Source: Chiloscyllium plagiosum
Taxonomy: Eukaryota
Length of the DNA: 41,793 nt
Assembly (NCBI RefSeq): GCF_004010195.1
Contig: NC_057728.1
Location: forward strand, 52,174,732-52,216,524
Direction of reading: 5' to 3'
In this document: in pieces, positions 35,031 through 41,793 of the stretch
How the letters are laid out: each line of letters begins with the position of its first letter
Numbering within the stretch: the stretch's first letter is position 1
Notes under the pieces: generated by a model
Told to the model about the DNA's origin: nothing
The model's database searches: none
Seen by the model: the letters and a program-made list of their open reading frames with translations, nothing else
Program-made: the position numbers and the translations under genes

Positions 35031-35807
35031 AGGCATAGGGTGAAAAATCATAGTTGAGATAGATCAGCCATAATCTTATTGAGGTTTAATAAGATCATGT
35101 GATTATGGCCTCCAATTTCCTGTAATCACTTTATGCACACTGCTGCCTCTACTTCAATTAATTTGCACACTTCGATTACAGAAAATTAAAATTCCAATTG
35201 TTTGAACTTAGAGTAATCAATAGGACTTGGGGATACTTTTGGGTTTGAGTGGTAATGTTAAAAACAATACTGATAATGAAAACAGAGAACGGCGTTTAAT
35301 TAGAGTGAAAACCATAATAAAAATATTACACTAATCTTCCAAAATCAATAGTATTTATAAGGAGTTTACAATTATGCTGAATACTTAATGCTCATTTACT
35401 TTGTGGTAAAGTAGGAAGGGAGAAATTAGAAACAGGTGTAAGCCTACAAAACTAAGCTCAGAAAATTTCCACACTCTGATACATTATTATAGCAAACAAA
35501 TACTAACGATGGTGCTGCCATACATCTGCTACTCTTGTCCTTCTAGATGGTAGAAGTTGCAGATTTCAAGAGTGTTAACAACCTTTACCACCTTGAAGGG
35601 CAAAGTTCAAGTCTCTGCTTTTTTGTGCAAAGGCAAATTGGATGAATATATGGAAACTGCTTTAACTGGCAGGAGGATTGGTGATCAGGGAATACAGACC
35701 TGCGGTAATTTGTAAAGAGAAAGTTTCAGGGATAGAACAAGGGCATGGGAATGATTGGATTGTTCTCTGAAGAATCAGCATCAGCTGAATGGCATCCTTC
35801 TATGCTG

Positions 35808-35967
35808 GAAGAAAGTGAGGACTGCAGATGCTGGAGAACAGAGTCAAGAGTGTGGTGCTGGAAGTGCACAGGTCAGGCAGCATCCAAGGAGCTGGAGATC
35901 GATGTTGATTCTCCTGCTCCTTGGATGCTGCCTGACCTGCTGTGCACTTCCAGCACCACACTCTTGA
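35808..35967. mobile_element. Fold-back Penelope-like terminal-repeat insertion with 15-bp TSD
   Basis: Arms ~35843-35898 and ~35910-35968. CATCCTTCTATGCTG at 35793-35807 and CATCTTTCTATGCTG at 35968-35982. Confidence 0.85.
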
Positions 35968-36621
35968 CATCTTTCTATGCTGTAATGACAATACTGAACT
36001 AAAGGATATATTTTTGGGTGGAATATCTGAGAGGTAGCATGTTGCTGAGAAATATAAAGAGTGCGATTTCAGAGTGTGGGCAATAGAAGGAGAAACCATT
36101 GTAAAATGATTCTTCTTCAGGCATATATATGAACAGAACCAAACTAGAACAGTTTCATATAGCTGGAAAAAAGAGGAGAGAAATTAGAAGAGGTTGGATA
36201 AACAAAGGCTACATATAGAGTGAGCAACTGAGGAGGGATAGTTTAAATCACATTCACAGATACAAAGGGACACAGATCTGACACTATCACAAAGTCCATT
36301 TCATTACTATGGCCTGCCTGGAACCCTGAATAGAAGAGCACAGACATGGACTTGCAAATTATTGCAGATACTTGAATATTACTATTCAGGACATGGTTCA
36401 TGCCAGACCTTACCAGTAACGATTCCTAATACTTGAGCTTGTTGTCTGACAATATAAAACAATTTCTTGTGATGCTTACACAAACAGCTCTGTAAAATCG
36501 ATGTACATTGTCTTAGCATGTAGCTTTGTATTTCTGGTGCAGGTCTTAAATGGCTTCCTTTCCACAATAGTAAAACTGATGGAAAGAGGGTTGTCCAAAC
36601 AGATAGGTCATATAGAATGAC

Positions 36622-36870
36622 TAAAGTGGATACAAAAATTTCACACAACGCCCCAGGAATTCCCTCACATGCCTCTCTCAACATTCTTGGATGGATTCAA
36701 TCAGGTCCTGAGGACTTGACTACCCAAATGCTTTTCAAAACACACACCTTTTTTATATTGACATGCCCCAAAATTTCCTTCCTGAGTCTCACCATCCACC
36801 ATGTCCTTCTCCTTCGGGAATGCCAATGCAAAGGGGTCTGTTTCTGTGCTGTATCACTTTATGACTCTAT
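36622..36870 (-). mobile_element. CR1 fragment (minus) abutting a plus-strand CR1 3' tail
   Basis: MLREACEGIPGALCEIFVS on minus; GGGTCTGTTTCTGTGCTGTA...ATGACTCTAT on plus at ~36833-36870. Confidence 0.65.
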
Positions 36871-36879
36871 AAAGACATA

Positions 36880-37250
36880 ACTTGTATGGTGAGAAGGGCC
36901 TTTCCACTATCAGATCCTTCAGCTATTGCACATTGTCCTCAGAGCAGCTGCAGGTGTGAAAAAGACAGTTGTGTCTGTCCATTTGGAAGCTGCCTTTGCA
37001 AAGATGGTCTGGAAAGAGATGTAGTGGTTTTTATTGAGGTTCATCTGAGTAGTAGTCTCTGTTCTACTGGCTGTTCATAAGGATTCAGACTCAGGCAAAC
37101 TGCTGTTGGAGTCAATCAACTTGGTGGAACACACTTCTCGTCTCTGCAAAAAACTTCTCGGTCTTCCACTGCAAAGAGCTGTCTGTAATCAAGTGTTGCA
37201 AACTGGCACGTTCTTGACTGCATACTGAGCACACATTATTGTAAAACAAA
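36880..37250 (+). mobile_element. Tx1/L1-clade LINE ORF2 C-terminal remnant (zinc-binding region)
   Basis: Across frameshifts reads VRRAFP...HCP..C...AFAKMVWKEM*WFLLRFI...NCCW...SAKNFSVFHCKELSVIKCCKLARS, like the Cys-rich C-terminus of Tx1 ORF2. Confidence 0.65.
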
Positions 37251-38254
37251 TAGGGAAGGTCATAGTCTATGGACATCCCCAATAAACACACTGAATGTGT
37301 TTATTGCGCAAAACTCTTGAGGCTGCAAGCATCAGAGAAGGATTGATATGGAATGTAAATGTGAGTGTAGTGAGATACAGTACTGAACAAAATTGAACTA
37401 CTACACATTGCCATGTTAAATTTAGACTACTGTGTAATGCATTCCTAGAAATATTGTGATTAAAGTGTATTTTTAGAAAAAATGCATTTTAACTACTGAG
37501 CACCTTCTGTAATTGAGAGAGTCATATATTAGACATGACACTTTCTAGGCTGCACTGATCTGGTGGCACTGCAATAACCAGAGTGCATTATGAATTCCTG
37601 CTCTCACATTTCCCTACCCCTAGATTACCTGTCATTGGCAAAATATTGTTCTCAGTCCTGTAGGAAAACCTTTGTGCAAGGTAGACACATCATAATATCT
37701 AACGTTTAACCTGTTTCCTAGGTCTATGGTACCCAGGACATCATGCACTTAAATTAACAAATAGGATTAAGCTGAGCATACAGAAGAAACACCTAAATCG
37801 CAAATATTTCTGCCTTTCACAGATTAATTTCATTTTCTAGCAAATGCAGAAATATCATTTTTATGATCAATGTTCATGTACATTTTGGACATTTAATTGT
37901 TTGCAGCAGTATAGCAGTTCCAAGCAAATGCCTTGATATTGTTTATTCAAATTTTGAAACAATAGTAAATAATTCAGATTGTAGCATATCTAACTTGACT
38001 AAGGCAAATGATGCTATGGTGTGATATCACTATAAATTCTGCAATTTTCTACTCTTAACATGTTCAATTGCTACCTGAGTTTTACAACGTTTCATCAAAA
38101 AATCCCACAGTTTTTCTAACAAATCGATTGTTCTAATGGTGCATGAGACCAATTGTTAAACCAATAGCAGTTTTCTGCCATTTATTTACAAAAAAAGACT
38201 ATGTCAGTTAATTATGTAAATGAAGGTAGTATGATAAACTTAAAAAAGACTTAC

Positions 38255-38370
38255 CTGGGTGAGTAGTTACACACAAATACTGATCCATCTTTTTCAATTT
38301 TAGAACCTTTAATCCCTTTGGGACAGTAATTAGCTGCACAGCCAACTTTATAAGTTTCTCCCCAGACAAG
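38255..38370 (-). CDS. GLIPR1: GLIPR1-like gene B (upstream tandem paralog), coding exon 3
   Basis: TTCCAG acceptor. 116 nt, LVWGETYKVGCAANYCPKGIKGSKIEKDGSVFVCNYSP+AG, GTAAGT donor. Same size and phase as gene A exon 3; 23/38 residues identical. Confidence 0.93.
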
Positions 38371-39371
38371 CTGGAAAAAATGTAAAAATTACTCAATATT
38401 TTTGTAGCAAAGATTAAATCTGTTAAACACAAAGCGAATTAGTTCAGTGGATTAGAAAGAATATTTTTTCCTTTTTAGAAATTTTATATCTGGCATTTAA
38501 TTTTTTAAAAATAAAAACGGAACAACTGATGTCCCTATCTGTCTTCAGTCATTTTGATGATGGAATAAAGAAACATTTTTCTTCTGGGCTAAGGATGTTA
38601 AGAAAGGGAACTCACTGTCACACTTTAGAAAAAACTGCATTTGTGACTACTTCCTTTAATCTGTTAGTGCATAGCATGAGCTAGGGTGTACTGCTTGGTG
38701 TCATTACAGACTGAGTAACATCAAATGCATTCTGTAAACCTGTGAACAGTTTGGAAAACTTTTGGTTTTGTAATTATTCTTTACTAATTTAAATTTTGAA
38801 GGAACAATTAAATGTATTTAAGATCTGTAAGACAACAAATGCATGAGACCATCAGTATACTGCTTAGTGTGTCAAAGCCTTGGTTGCCCAGGAATAACAG
38901 TCATGAATTTTGAACAAAAATAGTCACTGAACAACTTGAACAAATAGTTGTTTCATTCACTTAATTATAGAAAATGTATTGGGTAGAATATCCCCCTCCT
39001 AAAAGGTGGCAACAAAAGTGATGAGACAAAAAGATAATAATCAGTCAGACTGGCGTTGGGGAAATTCTTGCTGCTGTATTTTGACCACAGGAATTAAGTT
39101 CTGTATAAGAAGGTCTTTGCTCCCCAATGAGATGCTGAAGTGGTAAATTAATAACTGTATAAAACTCTCTTCATTCCAGCGCTTCTATTAACTTAATTCA
39201 TGATAGATACAGTGACCTTTCTGTTGTGTTAGAGAGATTGGAACCTTGTTCGGCCCTGATCTGGGGATGACTGGTGGCATGGATGGATGGACAGTTACTG
39301 AAAGCCATTCTACCCTCACTTCTAACATGTTGTCCTCCGTGGGGAAAGAGCAGAAGATTCAACCCATTATA

Positions 39372-39575
39372 TATGTAATGAGCTGCCAGAGGAAGTGGTG
39401 GAGGCTGGTACAATTGCAACATTTAAGAGGCATTTGGATGGGGATATGAATAGAAAGGGTTTGGAGGGATATGGGGCGGGTGCTGGGAGGTGGGACTAGA
39501 TTGGATTGGGATATCTGGTTGGCATGGACGGGTTGGACCGAAGAGTCTGTTTCCATGCTGTACATCTCTATGACT
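39372..39575 (+). mobile_element. Short CR1 3' end
   Basis: NELPEEVVEAGTIATFKRHLD remnant plus 3' UTR and CTCTATGACT tail. Confidence 0.92.
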
Positions 39576-41274
39576 AATTTATACAGTGAAGATAATTTTC
39601 AGTTATGGTAACTATGCCTGTTCCCCTTTGAAAAAGAAACTACTCTGTGAACAAGTTGTCAAATTTATAAACAAAAGAGACAAGGATGATCAAGGAAAGT
39701 TTTTGAAAATGTGAAGGCTATGCTAATTAAAATGAGAGAATTTGCTGTAAATAGAGTGTGATTGGCCAGTATATTTTCTTAAAAAGGATGTTGGTGTGGT
39801 GGAACAAGTTACCAGGAAAGGTTGCAAATGTCTTTCCAGAAAGTAAAGGGATTGAGAAATACAAGGAAAAAGAAATGGGCAAGATTAATCTATTAAAAGG
39901 TTATTTTGAGGAAGTGATTAAAACAGAATTTGGCAACAGTGTGAACAAGGTGTTAAAATTGAGTAGCTCCATTTTTGCTTTTTCCGATCTTGACTACAAA
40001 TGAGATGCCCACCATTCATATGGGAGCTTCACATATAAAGATAAGACTCTACAACATAATTAGAATTTCAATTGTATTTAGATCTGCTGAGCTCACCAAA
40101 TGAATGCAGCAGAAACCTTAGCAAAGCCAGGAAGCATAATGATCTTTCAAACCTCAAGTGAAAAGTCCGGGGCCTTGCTGACCTGACCTACTACTTCTCA
40201 TGAACCACAAGATCCATGTCAATCAACTACCCATCACTGCTCACAAATAGATCCTCCCTTGCACCCCTCCCTTGCACCCATGGACAGTTCAAACATTCCC
40301 CTTTCATTGGCTCATAATTTGTCATTTTCCTCCCATGTCATATTGGAAATTGATTGGTGGTGTGTGAGATGATGATATTGTTAGAAGTACTCTGAACATC
40401 TAATCTGTGCCTGCTTCTCACTCTGCTGCCCTTAACAATGCATTGGGTTAAAATCAATTGGTCTCTATCCATATTTTTAAAAATGGTGTCTATTTATTTT
40501 TGTGTATTTCTGATGGTGGATTGAAATGATAAACAAAGGTTTTTGAAAGCAAATAACCCAACACTCATCTTAAGCACTCCTTACACAGTTGCTGGTTCAA
40601 GCACTGGCAGAAGGTGCTGATGATCTGAAGTCACAGATATGTGAAAATGGAGACTGAGTTAATTGGTCTGTGGACTAGTGACCAGTTATTTATGACAAAA
40701 AGCCTCTGCCTGTCAAAACCAGGTGATTGGTTCTTAGGTGGCTTAAAAGCTGGGGCTGTTAACAAGAGGGGGAGAAGACATCAGATCTCCAAAAGACTAG
40801 GAGCAGTCTCTGCTCTCTGTAGTAAGATAAAATACTTTAAGCCAGAAGAAAATCCATCTATTTTACATTCAACAATTATTAGAAACTGTAATTTTTAAAT
40901 AAGTCAGAGACTTTTTATAAATGTAAACCAGTCACCCTGTAATTTCCTGCAAACAAGTGAAATCATCCAGAGAAGGAAGACAGAGAAGCAGCATTCTGAT
41001 CAGCAAAATAATTACCTCAGCAACCTTACAAAAAGAAGCCACTGAACTCCCATTCAGTTTTTCTCTCCACCCATAACTTCCATGCTTTCTGTATATGTGT
41101 GTGAGTGAGTGTGAAGGTGGAGTTCATATGGAGGTTACAGTGGTTATATGCTGATGGTTTCTAATCATTTACCAATAGCTAGAATCTGTTCAAGAGTTAA
41201 TATTTATTACTAATAAGTACAGTAACCCAACCTGAGCTGTCAACTTGTGTCTAAAAGACAGGCAAATTGGAGAG

Positions 41275-41793
41275 TTCTAGGTTCTCATGGAATACAGGGA
41301 GAATTAGCCATTTGGATACAGAACTGGCTCAAAGGTAGAATACAGAGGGTGGTGGTGGAGGGTTGGTTTTCAGACTGGAGGCCTGTGACCAGTGGAATGC
41401 CACAAGGATCGGTGCTGGGCCCTCTACTTTTTGTCATTTACATAAATAGTTTAGATGCGAGCATAAGAGGTACAGTTAGTAAGTTTGCAGATGACCCCAA
41501 AATTGGAAGTGTAGTGGATAGCGAAGAGGGTTACCTCAGATTACAATAGGATCTGGACCAGATGGGCCAATGGGCTGAGAAGTGGCAGATGGAGTTTAAT
41601 TCAGATAAATGCGAGGTGCTGCATTTTGGGAAAGCAAATCATAGCAGGACTTACACACTTAATGGTAAGGTCCTAGGGAGTGTTACTGAACAAAGAGACC
41701 TTGGAGTGCAGGTTCATAGTTCCTTGAAAGTGGACGTCGCAGGTAGATAGGATAGTGAAGAAGGCGTTTGGTATGCTTTCCTTTATTGGTCAG
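41275..41793 (+). mobile_element. CR1 LINE RT fragment running off the window
   Basis: [18 protein letters not shown]...KFADD, WQMEFNSDKC and RDLGV. Confidence 0.95.

Noticed and set aside
36886..37080. Cys-rich 64-aa ORF resembling a metallothionein or toxin
   Set aside because: It is a frameshifted read-through of a Tx1-like LINE zinc-binding region; the adjacent frame gives AFAKMVWKEM.
40640..41275. Exon 1 or 2 of gene B, or a coding ORF (40641-40898)
   Set aside because: No HNxxR, GENI or GHYTQ motif was found on the minus strand right of 38370. The segment looks like an LTR-type remnant that I could not delimit.

Overview
Vertebrate genomic DNA, most likely from a shark (inferred from HE1-type and SacSINE1-type SINEs and HER1/CR1 LINEs). 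Two tandem, same-strand (minus) GLIPR1-like CAP/SCP-domain genes are partly present. Gene A has exons 1-3 at 23083-22904, 21301-21053 and 1221-1106, with a CpG-rich promoter and a ~19.8 kb intron 2; its remaining exons lie left of the window. Gene B has exons 3-6 at 38370-38255, 33916-33831, 33749-33723 and 33628-33528, ending in a GPI-signal-like hydrophobic tail; its exons 1-2 lie right of the window. Most of the rest is transposon-derived: about a dozen CR1 LINE copies (one near full length, with a zinc-finger/esterase ORF1), tRNA-derived SINEs, two decayed Gypsy LTR elements, a solo LTR with TSD, a Tx1-like LINE remnant and Tc1/pogo-type MITEs. The most unusual signal is three short fold-back (hairpin) insertions of Penelope-like terminal repeats, each flanked by a 12-15 bp target-site duplication. 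Two of them carry minimal hammerhead-ribozyme cores on both strands. All calls are by eye; no searches were run, and repeat boundaries are approximate.
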